A DNA stretch of 64,000 nt from Spirosoma fluviale (GTDB lineage Bacteria; Bacteroidota; Bacteroidia; Cytophagales; Flexibacteraceae), in assembly GCA_945883425.1 (NCBI GenBank), contig CAMCXM010000003.1, positions 1,945 to 65,944 on the forward strand, written 5' to 3'. Shown one piece after another: positions 39,838-48,357 of this stretch. Positions within the stretch are counted from its first letter, which is position 1, and each line of letters begins with the position of its first letter. Below the pieces are notes generated by a model. That model was not told the DNA's origin and made no database searches. It saw nothing but the letters and a program-made list of their open reading frames with translations. A program made the translations under genes and the position numbers.

Positions 39838-40138
39838 GGCTTTAACACCCAGTCAGCAACGAATCCTTTCCAACCTTGGAGAAGACATAAAACTGGCTCG
39901 TCTCCGTCGGAAACTGAGTTCTGAACAAGTGGCAGAACGGGCAGGGATCAGCCGGTCTACGTTATGGCAAATTGAAAAAGGCATGCCGGGCGTGGCCATT
40001 GGCTCTTACCTGATGGTGTTGTTTGTGTTTGGTTTGGAGAAGAACTTCCTCCAAATCGCCAATGACGATACTCTGGGCCGCAAACTTCAGGATGCTGAAA
40101 TATTGGTAAAGAAAAGGGCTCCTAAAATGCCCAAATGA
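39836..40138 (+). CDS. XRE-family helix-turn-helix transcriptional regulator (antitoxin-like)
   Basis: The start is probably ATG 39836 (MALTPSQQ...); the track starts at TTG 39815. The HTH reads LSSEQVAERAGISRSTLWQIEKG. Confidence 0.85.
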   Translation: MALTPSQQRILSNLGEDIKLARLRRKLSSEQVAERAGISRSTLWQIEKGMPGVAIGSYLMVLFVFGLEKNFLQIANDDTLGRKLQDAEILVKKRAPKMPK

Positions 40139-40240
40139 GCAAGGCATTTCAGTCGGGTTTTTGATGGAACTGGTGATTTCAAGACAGAAATCCAGCGATC
40201 ATTCCCGATTCAACCAGGATAAATCGCTTAGTAAATTTTG

Positions 40241-40324
40241 AAATTAAGTGCCATTCTGAATCAAGTTTTCAGAAAATTAGGTGCCATTCTGTTACAAAAA
40301 AAAGAGAAATTAGGTGCCGTTTTG
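40241..40324. repeat. three direct 18-bp repeats at exact 33-bp spacing
   Basis: aaattaAgtgccattctg (40241-40258), aaattaGgtgccattctg (40274-40291) and aaattaggtgccGttTtg (40307-40324). Confidence 0.8.
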
Positions 40325-40601
40325 AAACATTTCTTTTTAATTTTCTGTAAATCAAAAGGCTTAAATATCTGTTTTACAGAAATTTAGAAGCAAGATTACC
40401 TTGTGGGCGAATAAAACTGTTGCGAAACTGGCCGTCCAGGTTTTAGACAACCACTTCTGCAAAGAAAGAATCCAGACCATCAAGGGAAAAACGTTTACTC
40501 TTCTGAATGTCCCGATTTATGCAACAGGGAAAGTTTTGGAACTGGCAGAGAGAGAAAGTGCTAAATTGTAAGGCGTGGATTCATCATACAGAATTCAAGA
40601 G

Positions 40602-40621
40602 AAAAACGGGTTTTTAACCCG
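40602..40621 (-). terminator. possible terminator downstream of the type-A-CTD gene
   Basis: On the minus strand, cgggtt-aaa-aacccg is followed by T5. The stem is short and sits about 125 nt from the stop. Confidence 0.35.
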
Positions 40622-40745
40622 AAGACGAGATCGTGATCACCTTTCCCCTGGACACGGTTTCCCGTTTGGAATCGCTCGAATTGATTGTTTCTTCAGAAGT
40701 CGATCAAGAAGAGGTTACAGATACCAATTACCTTCTATCTCGCTT

Positions 40746-43094
40746 TTATTGCTTATAAAAGGTAAAGCATCTTTCCAGACCCTTGTCGTCTTTCAACCGA
40801 AGAATATAGTACCCTGACTTCAAATCTCGCACCGAGATTCTGCTTTCAAGTCCTTTGGCCGAACTGGTCCGGATTTTTTGCCCCAGCATATTGATGATGC
40901 AAACCTCCTCAACCACAACGGTACCTTCCCAATTTAAAAAATCGCTCACCGGATTGGGGAATGCGGTAAATTTTACGTCTGATTCCGTTCCATTTACTCT
41001 CAGCACATCATAGTTAATGGCATTAGAGGACGTCGATGTACAAGAACCAATGGTACGGGTCGCATTGTAAAAACCACTTCCCGGCATAATGAGAGTCTGT
41101 CCTGTTTCTCCCGGCATCAAAACCAGATTGCGGTACCATTGATTAACGGATGAATTTGATTCAAGAATGTTTCCATTCCGTGTAATCACAGGGGGTGAAG
41201 GAGGAGCGACGGCTGAAAAGGCCAACGTCTGGCTGGTCGATGTGGTGCCACAGTTGGAATTTATTTCCTGAATATTGACATAATAGGTACCGTTTTGTGT
41301 CGCTGTGTACGAAGCACCATATTCGTTGGGTATCAATGTCGCGTTTCTATACCATCTTACATTGGCCATGGCCCCTGGAAAGGGATAATTGTGTGAAAGC
41401 TGTACAGATTGATTCTGGCATGAATTGGTTGAGCCCGTAACCTCCAGTGGGATGGAAGAAGGAAAGACAAACACCGTTCTTTCGGCTGTATACGCACAGG
41501 CATTGACCGTTTTCTTATAGGAAACCCGCACCATTTTCCCAACCCATGGAACCGGATTAAAACTACCGTTGCCAGCCAACGGCACACCCCAGGCTCCGGC
41601 CAGAGGTGAACCTGTGTAGTTGACACTACCGCTTGCGGTACCACAAATGGCAAGTGGTCCTGAAATCGTAACAGGGTTTGTTGTAACGCCGGTCGGAAGA
41701 ACTGTGATATAAATGGAGTCTTTCCCGAGTCCATCCACAGCATAAACAAGCTTTTTTGAACCGCAGGTACCGGGTGTGAAAACTCCCGATGAAGAAACGT
41801 CCGGTGAACCCGACCAACGACCACCTGCTGGTGTTCCATTTAAAATAATCGGTTGTGAACCTGTACTCACCGAATAGGAAAAACCGGCATATACCCGATC
41901 ACCTCCGGCAAAATATGAAATGGATGCATCCACATCCGATGGATTCACGCCCAGGGTTACCGATGAATTGTTGCTGATGGACTTGCGTATATTGGCCTGA
42001 ATGGAATTCCCCACGTTGATACGCCCGAAAGGAGTACAGGTTTGGGAGTTAACACCTTCGATCCGATATACAGCCTGGGTGAGAGGTGCAAAATCTTCAT
42101 ACAAATTTTCATTTCCGGCGGTACTGTCTAACAGAATATTGTTTCTGTATACGTAATACTTTTCAACCGTAAAACCACTGTAGGGGTTCCAGTTCAGGAT
42201 TTTCCGCGGTGTAAATCCAGGGGGTGAAGAGGTGACTTTAACAAAGATGGATTTATTAAAATCGCTCGGCTCCGTTTCATAGGTTCCGGAACCAGCCGTC
42301 ACAATGGCCGTCATTTTATATTCAAAGGAAGCGTTGTAAAATCCGGTATCTAAGAAAACGCCTGTAGAAGCCTCAACCCCATCAAACATGATATAATTTG
42401 ATTCGTTCGAACGTTTCCTGTAAAAACGAACCGATTGAACGGCAGGGTTGGTGGTTGACCATTTCACCGTGACGAACGGTTCAATGTAGCTCAATTCACA
42501 AATGATGGGTTTAATGGCTCCGGAGGGTTGAACAACGACAACATTGGAATTGCTGTAACAACCATTCGAATCGGTTCGTACTACAAATGCACCAGGCCCA
42601 TTTCCCGTGTAGGTGCTGCCGGAGTTGGGTACAGTTAATCCGCTTCTCGACCATTTACGGGTAACTAAGCTAGCATTGCCAATATTGGTATAATTCAATG
42701 TAAAAGACTCGCCCGCATTCGCTGGCTGCTGAACAATGCTGAGCGTTCTGATTGCTGGTCTCTTCTGATTTTTAAGTACAACCGTTTTTGAATCGTAATT
42801 CTGGCTGTAGCAACCATTTTTGAAAAGACGAAACGAATAGACTCCCGGGGTGGTAACAGCCAATGCAGGGCTTGTTTCACCCGCAATTTCTGCGTCGTTC
42901 CGGAACCAACGCAACTGATAATCTTCTGAATCATTCATTCCTACCAACGTAATCGTATCGTTGTTGCAGAGTTGAAGACGCTCTGCTGGCAACATAATCG
43001 CACGGGGAATATAAGTGGTATCACAATTACCCTGCGCCGATGCAACACGACAGAATACCACCAACAGAAATAAACAGACCAGAACTTTCTTCAT
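40746..43094 (-). CDS. T9SS type-A C-terminal-sorting-domain protein with Ig-like repeats
   Basis: The start is probably ATG 43094 (MKKVLVCLFLLVVFCRVASAQ). It has Cys-containing Ig-like repeats with a W(F/Y)RN motif. The C-terminal ~75 aa (FTAFPNPVSDFL...LKSGYYILRL...FYKQ) fit the Por secretion CTD. Confidence 0.88.
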   Translation of the reverse strand: MKKVLVCLFLLVVFCRVASAQGNCDTTYIPRAIMLPAERLQLCNNDTITLVGMNDSEDYQLRWFRNDAEIAGETSPALAVTTPGVYSFRLFKNGCYSQNYDSKTVVLKNQKRPAIRTLSIVQQPANAGESFTLNYTNIGNASLVTRKWSRSGLTVPNSGSTYTGNGPGAFVVRTDSNGCYSNSNVVVVQPSGAIKPIICELSYIEPFVTVKWSTTNPAVQSVRFYRKRSNESNYIMFDGVEASTGVFLDTGFYNASFEYKMTAIVTAGSGTYETEPSDFNKSIFVKVTSSPPGFTPRKILNWNPYSGFTVEKYYVYRNNILLDSTAGNENLYEDFAPLTQAVYRIEGVNSQTCTPFGRINVGNSIQANIRKSISNNSSVTLGVNPSDVDASISYFAGGDRVYAGFSYSVSTGSQPIILNGTPAGGRWSGSPDVSSSGVFTPGTCGSKKLVYAVDGLGKDSIYITVLPTGVTTNPVTISGPLAICGTASGSVNYTGSPLAGAWGVPLAGNGSFNPVPWVGKMVRVSYKKTVNACAYTAERTVFVFPSSIPLEVTGSTNSCQNQSVQLSHNYPFPGAMANVRWYRNATLIPNEYGASYTATQNGTYYVNIQEINSNCGTTSTSQTLAFSAVAPPSPPVITRNGNILESNSSVNQWYRNLVLMPGETGQTLIMPGSGFYNATRTIGSCTSTSSNAINYDVLRVNGTESDVKFTAFPNPVSDFLNWEGTVVVEEVCIINMLGQKIRTSSAKGLESRISVRDLKSGYYILRLKDDKGLERCFTFYKQ

Positions 43095-43190
43095 GAGTAA
43101 AAAATGTAGTGGCAAAAAAATAAATCAGATTTTATGGAATCGTAAATACCGACCAAACGACTTGATTACTCGTTATTATATTTGTTCAGG

Positions 43191-46100
43191 TTACCAGGAT
43201 TTAAACCATGTACTGAACCAACTTTCATTCCGCAGTAAGGTCCATTCATCCAATGATTCAAAATCCATCTTTGTAAGACCTGATTTTCGGGCCTGCTTAA
43301 AGTACTGAAGCGATTTTTCAGGATTCTTTTTCTTAAAGTAATAATATCCCCACTTTAAAAAGTGCAAGGCATCTGTTGGAAACCTTTTGTCCATTAACTT
43401 CAGAACATTGATTGCTTCCTGCCAGTGAACCGACTTCATCAAGGCATCGATCTGGTAATGGGTATAATCGGCATTTGTGGTGTCCAGTTTCACAGCTACC
43501 CCGGCGAAATAGGCGGAGGAGTCATAGTCTTTCAGATCCCAGTACACATTGGAAAGACCAATGCTGGAAAAGACATATTCCGGCAGAATGGTCTGAGAGG
43601 CCAGAAAATATGTTTTGGCCGCCTGTAAAAGACTGTCTTTACCGGATCCGGAAAATTCCTGAGACTGGTCAAAATGACAATTGCCAAGATCGACCAATAA
43701 GTCTGCATTGCCGGGAACAACGGCTACTCCCTGGTACAAGACCGAATAGGCAGAATCCCAATTTTGCTCTTCCCGATAAATGTTGCCCAGGGAGTGGTAG
43801 GCATCGCCTAATTTGGGTTGGATAAACACAGCCCTTTGAAATGCTTTCTTGGCCGAACTTATCTCACCCAGCGCCTGAAATGCTTTACCCGAATTATTCA
43901 GGGCCACTCCAAACTTAGGATCCAACTGAAGGGCATAGGAATAATAGCGGATGGATGAGTCGATCAATGGCCGGCTTCGAAGCGCTTTACCTTTTTCAAA
44001 AAAGGCGGAACCCATGTTATTGTACGGAAACTTCCACCTCGGGGCGATCTGGGCGGCGGTTCTGTACATGATTAAGGCTGAATCATATTGCCGGTTTAAG
44101 GCATACAATCTTCCCAATGCGTTGTAATGATGACCTGCATTGCCTTCAATCCGAATGGATGAATACAGATTCCGGATGGCACCTGCAAGGTTCCTTCTTT
44201 GGAGATCATTGTCTATTTTCTGAGGTGAAATTGAGCGGGCTTTGAAAAAATACTGCCTCGCCAGCAATGGCAGGTACAAAACATCATTGGGCGATTTAAA
44301 ATCAAGCGCCAGCCCAAGTTCTCTTGCGCAGAGGCCAAATGCCGTATCTTTTATGGCACCATCGTTGCCGGAAATGTACTGGTTAATGACCAGCTGTGAT
44401 TTGGTTACAACACCCTCTGTGAAATCGCTCCGCCAAACGGGCTTTGCCGTCCATTCTTTCTCCTGGCATCGCTTTTCCAATGATACCAACCATTCATACG
44501 CAGAGGAACCCTTGGGTTCTGCAAAGTTTTTCTTTCGGATCTGCTGGTAAAATTTCCTCTCCGTCTGAACCAGTTCGCTGTCGCTTTCAATCTTGCTTCT
44601 CACCTCGCCCGACTTTTGGAGCCAATCGGGCATCTTCTTCAACAATGAGGGATCCATTCCATTCAACACAGGCAAAAAGGCTTGTTTTGGTGGCCCTTCG
44701 ATCAATGGATTCTGAGCAAAACCGGTCGCCTTTCCAACAGAATCTGCCAGAAACTGCCCCATTTCTTCTACATTAATCACTGATGAATTCTGGTCCTGAT
44801 TCGCACTTCCGGACAGACCCCGCATCATATAGAAAGTGAAGGCACCAAAACCTCCTCCAAATTCAACACCTTCCCTGGAATTTTCATTTGGGTGGCAGGC
44901 CAGAACTTTAATGGCTGCATCATCCAGATTTTGCAGGCTCATCAGGGTTTCTCCGGAACCTTCTCTGCCCCCGGCAATGGTACCTGACCGACAGGCATCC
45001 ACCACCAGAAAAACTTTCGCACCCTTGAAAACATAATTTCCCAGGTAGTATTTTAGTTCGGTCATCGGAATGTGACCACCCGCACCATAGGCAAACTCAG
45101 GCCCATCTTTCAGGAGGAGAAAACCGGGTTTCGATATCAGGTCGCCCTCAACATCCCCATGGCCAGCAAAGAAGAAATACACCATATCTTCCGGCATTAA
45201 GATCTGGTTCAGTTGCTTCAATGATTCAAAAACCCTGGAACTGGTGGCCCTTTCATTGATCAACAAAAGGGTTGAATCGTTGACAAACCGTCCTTTGAAA
45301 CAGTTTTTAAGGTAATTATAAAAGGTAACCGCATCAGAATGGGCATACGTCAACGGACGAAAATTTCCCCCGTATTCTGACACGCCTATGCAAACACCGT
45401 ATACTTTTCCCTTTCCGTTCAGTTGCGTGGTGATGGGCTGCCTCAGGGCAAAATCACGTATTTCGCGAACGCCAGGTTTTTCATGAAAGAAGGGCTCATC
45501 CAGATTGCCCATTACCCGGATGTCCGGAGTTTTGTTTCCCGTGGGATACATTCGGGTGAAGGTTTGCTGCAATGCCTCAAATGTTTTGACGGTGATCGAA
45601 GAGTCGAGTATTGTCAGCATGGCAGTAGTAACTGGACCATGGAGGCGACTTTGAAACATGGTTTCATTCACCGGCTTTATATCCTTGCCTCTGTCAATGA
45701 GGACAGTCCGTGAAACAGACGGATCAATCGCACGATCGATCAAGTCACATCCGGCAAGGGCAGATGCCTGCGTACCCCGAAAGCCATTTTTGGGACTGTT
45801 GAAATAAAAGGGACCTTTATTACCCCGCAAGCCTTTCGATGGATTCTGCGATTCATCTCCCATGCCTCCGTCAAAAACCAAAACCAGGCAACCAACCGAA
45901 CTAAGCTTATTCTGCACCAATTCCAGCGACCTGGCCAACAGATCATCGGTCAGTACCTGGATGGCAGATGCAGGTGTTTCATTGGTGAGCGTACTGACAT
46001 CATAGGTAACAAATGCCTCATCGAAACCATCTGCTTCATCACCATTCCGATCGGTAAACTGTTGAAAATGGCCGGAGAAATGAACATACACCACATCGCC

Positions 46101-46436
46101 TGCCTGTACTTTCTGGGATAGCGCACGGAAGGCAAGCAGAATCTGTTCCACTGTTGCCTCTTCATTGACAATTCGGGTAATGTTACCCGGGAGGAATCCT
46201 TTTTTTTCGAGGGCGGCAGCCATATCCGTTACGTCCGCATCACCATTGATTTCTGACCAGCCACTTTTGGCCGGATACTGCCCAATTCCAACCAGAACAG
46301 CGTATCGGGTTATTTTCTGAGCGGTCGCCGGAATAGAAAAACATGAGAGACCAATCAGAAGAACGAGAATATTTCTGACAACCGGCCGGGTGATCAGATT
46401 CGCTTTTGTTTCAACAATTTGATTGAAAAGATGCAT
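43191..46436 (-). CDS. secreted tandem caspase-like (peptidase C14) protein with C-terminal TPR array
   Basis: The start is probably ATG 46436 (signal peptide ...LLIGLSCFSIPATAQ). Domain 1 has YAVLVGIGQYP...VHFSGHF but LVFDGGMGD at the Cys position. Domain 2 has YGVCIGVSEYG...FFFAGHGD (45152-45175) and VVDACRSG (44981-44998). The last ~350 aa are TPR-like. Confidence 0.88.
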   Translation of the reverse strand: MHLFNQIVETKANLITRPVVRNILVLLIGLSCFSIPATAQKITRYAVLVGIGQYPAKSGWSEINGDADVTDMAAALEKKGFLPGNITRIVNEEATVEQILLAFRALSQKVQAGDVVYVHFSGHFQQFTDRNGDEADGFDEAFVTYDVSTLTNETPASAIQVLTDDLLARSLELVQNKLSSVGCLVLVFDGGMGDESQNPSKGLRGNKGPFYFNSPKNGFRGTQASALAGCDLIDRAIDPSVSRTVLIDRGKDIKPVNETMFQSRLHGPVTTAMLTILDSSITVKTFEALQQTFTRMYPTGNKTPDIRVMGNLDEPFFHEKPGVREIRDFALRQPITTQLNGKGKVYGVCIGVSEYGGNFRPLTYAHSDAVTFYNYLKNCFKGRFVNDSTLLLINERATSSRVFESLKQLNQILMPEDMVYFFFAGHGDVEGDLISKPGFLLLKDGPEFAYGAGGHIPMTELKYYLGNYVFKGAKVFLVVDACRSGTIAGGREGSGETLMSLQNLDDAAIKVLACHPNENSREGVEFGGGFGAFTFYMMRGLSGSANQDQNSSVINVEEMGQFLADSVGKATGFAQNPLIEGPPKQAFLPVLNGMDPSLLKKMPDWLQKSGEVRSKIESDSELVQTERKFYQQIRKKNFAEPKGSSAYEWLVSLEKRCQEKEWTAKPVWRSDFTEGVVTKSQLVINQYISGNDGAIKDTAFGLCARELGLALDFKSPNDVLYLPLLARQYFFKARSISPQKIDNDLQRRNLAGAIRNLYSSIRIEGNAGHHYNALGRLYALNRQYDSALIMYRTAAQIAPRWKFPYNNMGSAFFEKGKALRSRPLIDSSIRYYSYALQLDPKFGVALNNSGKAFQALGEISSAKKAFQRAVFIQPKLGDAYHSLGNIYREEQNWDSAYSVLYQGVAVVPGNADLLVDLGNCHFDQSQEFSGSGKDSLLQAAKTYFLASQTILPEYVFSSIGLSNVYWDLKDYDSSAYFAGVAVKLDTTNADYTHYQIDALMKSVHWQEAINVLKLMDKRFPTDALHFLKWGYYYFKKKNPEKSLQYFKQARKSGLTKMDFESLDEWTLLRNESWFSTWFKSW

Positions 46437-47258
46437 TAAATCAATCCTGAGAGAAAAACAGAGATCGTTGAGTTTTGACAAAGGTATAGACAAAATAAAT
46501 CCAGTGGAAATTGAAAGGGATTTTGAAGGTGCTATCCTTGAAACCTGCAGCAGATTGGTTGTTTACTATTCTCTTTGGATTCCTTGAGAAAAATTGACTG
46601 CATTCGGGGAAGTATTGTCCGGCCTTGATTATTAGGAAGTAATTCTTAACAGAATGAAACATCCACTCACAACCCAACATAGGATTTGAGTCCAGGATAG
46701 ATCCAAAAAAAATCAAACAATTTACTCGATTTCGATCGGAACTATTTATTTGATTTCCAATAAACTACGGAAATAAGTCGATCTAAAAAAAGAAAGCAAG
46801 CATCAACTGAAAATCAAAAAAAGAGCCTTCTTGAAATATCGAGAAAAACCAAAAAACCAAATACAAAATTAAAACACTAGTCGAATCGCCCGTTTCCAAC
46901 AATTAGCCTTTTATCTTATAAAATAGCTTTAATTAAGGAACCAACACATCTGCATACCAATTAATCCTATTCCTGCAACCAATTTTGGTCGGCCCATTTA
47001 TCCGAAAAATATCCTTGAACTTTGTCGTTTTTACAGACAGTAGATCTTGTCTTGAATATTCTCCAGAAAACGATCGTCAGGAATAATTCAATTCGTTAAA
47101 TCAGCGTTACTAGCCTCATTCTGAAAAGCTTCATCCCATGGTTAACCACGTATAATTTATCAAACCTCTATTTTACCTAAGCTGGCTTTTCTAGCCAGAT
47201 CAAAATACATATAGTTTTTCTCACTGAACATACCCAGTTCCTTTTGACTTCTGCAACA

Positions 47259-48005
47259 ATGCAAAATGGCATAAAATTGCTTCGACTTATATCTTTACTG
47301 GATAAAGCGGCGAACCTACAAGAGACCAAAAATAAAGTCGATTCTTACGCCAAGCTTCAATCCAATATCATTGTAATTGTCATTGATAACGAATCACAGG
47401 TTGTTCTTCACATAACCAAACCAGCCATAGATTTTTCTGGAATTCATTCGCTAATATCAAAATTTTCTTCATCATACGATTTCCTGAAGCTCATTCAATC
47501 TCAGGACCTTTTTCCCTTCATATCCTTCCAAAATCATTACTGGAAGTCATTAAAAATTGTAGAAAAAGGCGTACACCTTATTGGCAAGATTCAGATCAGA
47601 ATACAGAATACTTCGGGCGACAGTTTTTGTTGCGACGTAGAGAATTTGATTGGTAGTTTTGGATCTAAATCTGAATCGATTTCATTTTATACTCTTGATA
47701 TTCAGAATTTTGAATTCTCCTACAATGGAGATGCGATGCTATTTTGGACAAAGGAGAATTCGATATTGAGAACAGAAAATCTGAATAATCCTGTAGATCT
47801 GAGAACCATTTGTCCACTAAGCAAAAGAGAATTGGAAGTTCTTCAATTAAGTTCAATAGGCAAGACTTCTATCCAGATCGGAAAGGAACTCTTTATATCA
47901 AATCATACCGTGAGTGAACACAAAAAGAAAATCCTGAAAAAGACCCAAACGAATAAATTAACAGCTGCTATTTCAAAGGCGAAAACGGAGGGATGGTTGT
48001 TGTGA
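47259..48005 (+). CDS. LuxR/GerE-family transcriptional regulator with unrecognised N-terminal domain
   Basis: The start is probably ATG 47259; the track starts at TTG 47244. The C-terminal HTH reads LSKRELEVLQLSSIGKTSIQIGKELFISNHTVSEHKKKILKK. The ~185-aa N-terminal domain has no motif I recognise. Confidence 0.85.
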   Translation: MQNGIKLLRLISLLDKAANLQETKNKVDSYAKLQSNIIVIVIDNESQVVLHITKPAIDFSGIHSLISKFSSSYDFLKLIQSQDLFPFISFQNHYWKSLKIVEKGVHLIGKIQIRIQNTSGDSFCCDVENLIGSFGSKSESISFYTLDIQNFEFSYNGDAMLFWTKENSILRTENLNNPVDLRTICPLSKRELEVLQLSSIGKTSIQIGKELFISNHTVSEHKKKILKKTQTNKLTAAISKAKTEGWLL

Positions 48006-48357
48006 AACTGACAGTTCTGTCCCATTCTAATTGAGAATTTTTAAATCGATCTGAGAATGCAATCCGGGAAATGACAAGTCACTCCTCTCCCCTGGAAACT
48101 TCATGTAGCCCGAGTTCATTTCCTGCCTCTAAAACAGGTGTTGGCTTTCGGACTTTTTTGCAGCAAAATCGAGTTACAGACGAGATGGCTGGCACTCGAT
48201 TGAAAACCCAAAAAACCGTTCTACATATTGAAAATAAATGAGTTAATGCGACTTTACACAAGTCGAAAACTTGAAAAAGGAAACGAAAAATACCGAATTT
48301 AAGGTATTGCCTCGGTGTAATGTTTGGCATTTTTTTGCTCCAAATTATCCTTTGTTT

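Noticed and set aside
40241-40324. The three direct repeats, considered as a possible mini-CRISPR array.
   Set aside because: There are only three 18-bp units with 15-nt spacers. That is far shorter than CRISPR repeats and spacers, and there are no cas genes or leader.
40401-40817. Small ORFs in the spacer: a TTG-initiated 56-codon ORF (40401-40571) and the 80-aa track ORF (40575-40817).
   Set aside because: They have no ATG or ribosome-binding context and no recognisable family. The 40575 ORF overlaps the 3' end of the CTD gene. I kept them only as possible gene remnants in the finding on the orphan XRE gene.
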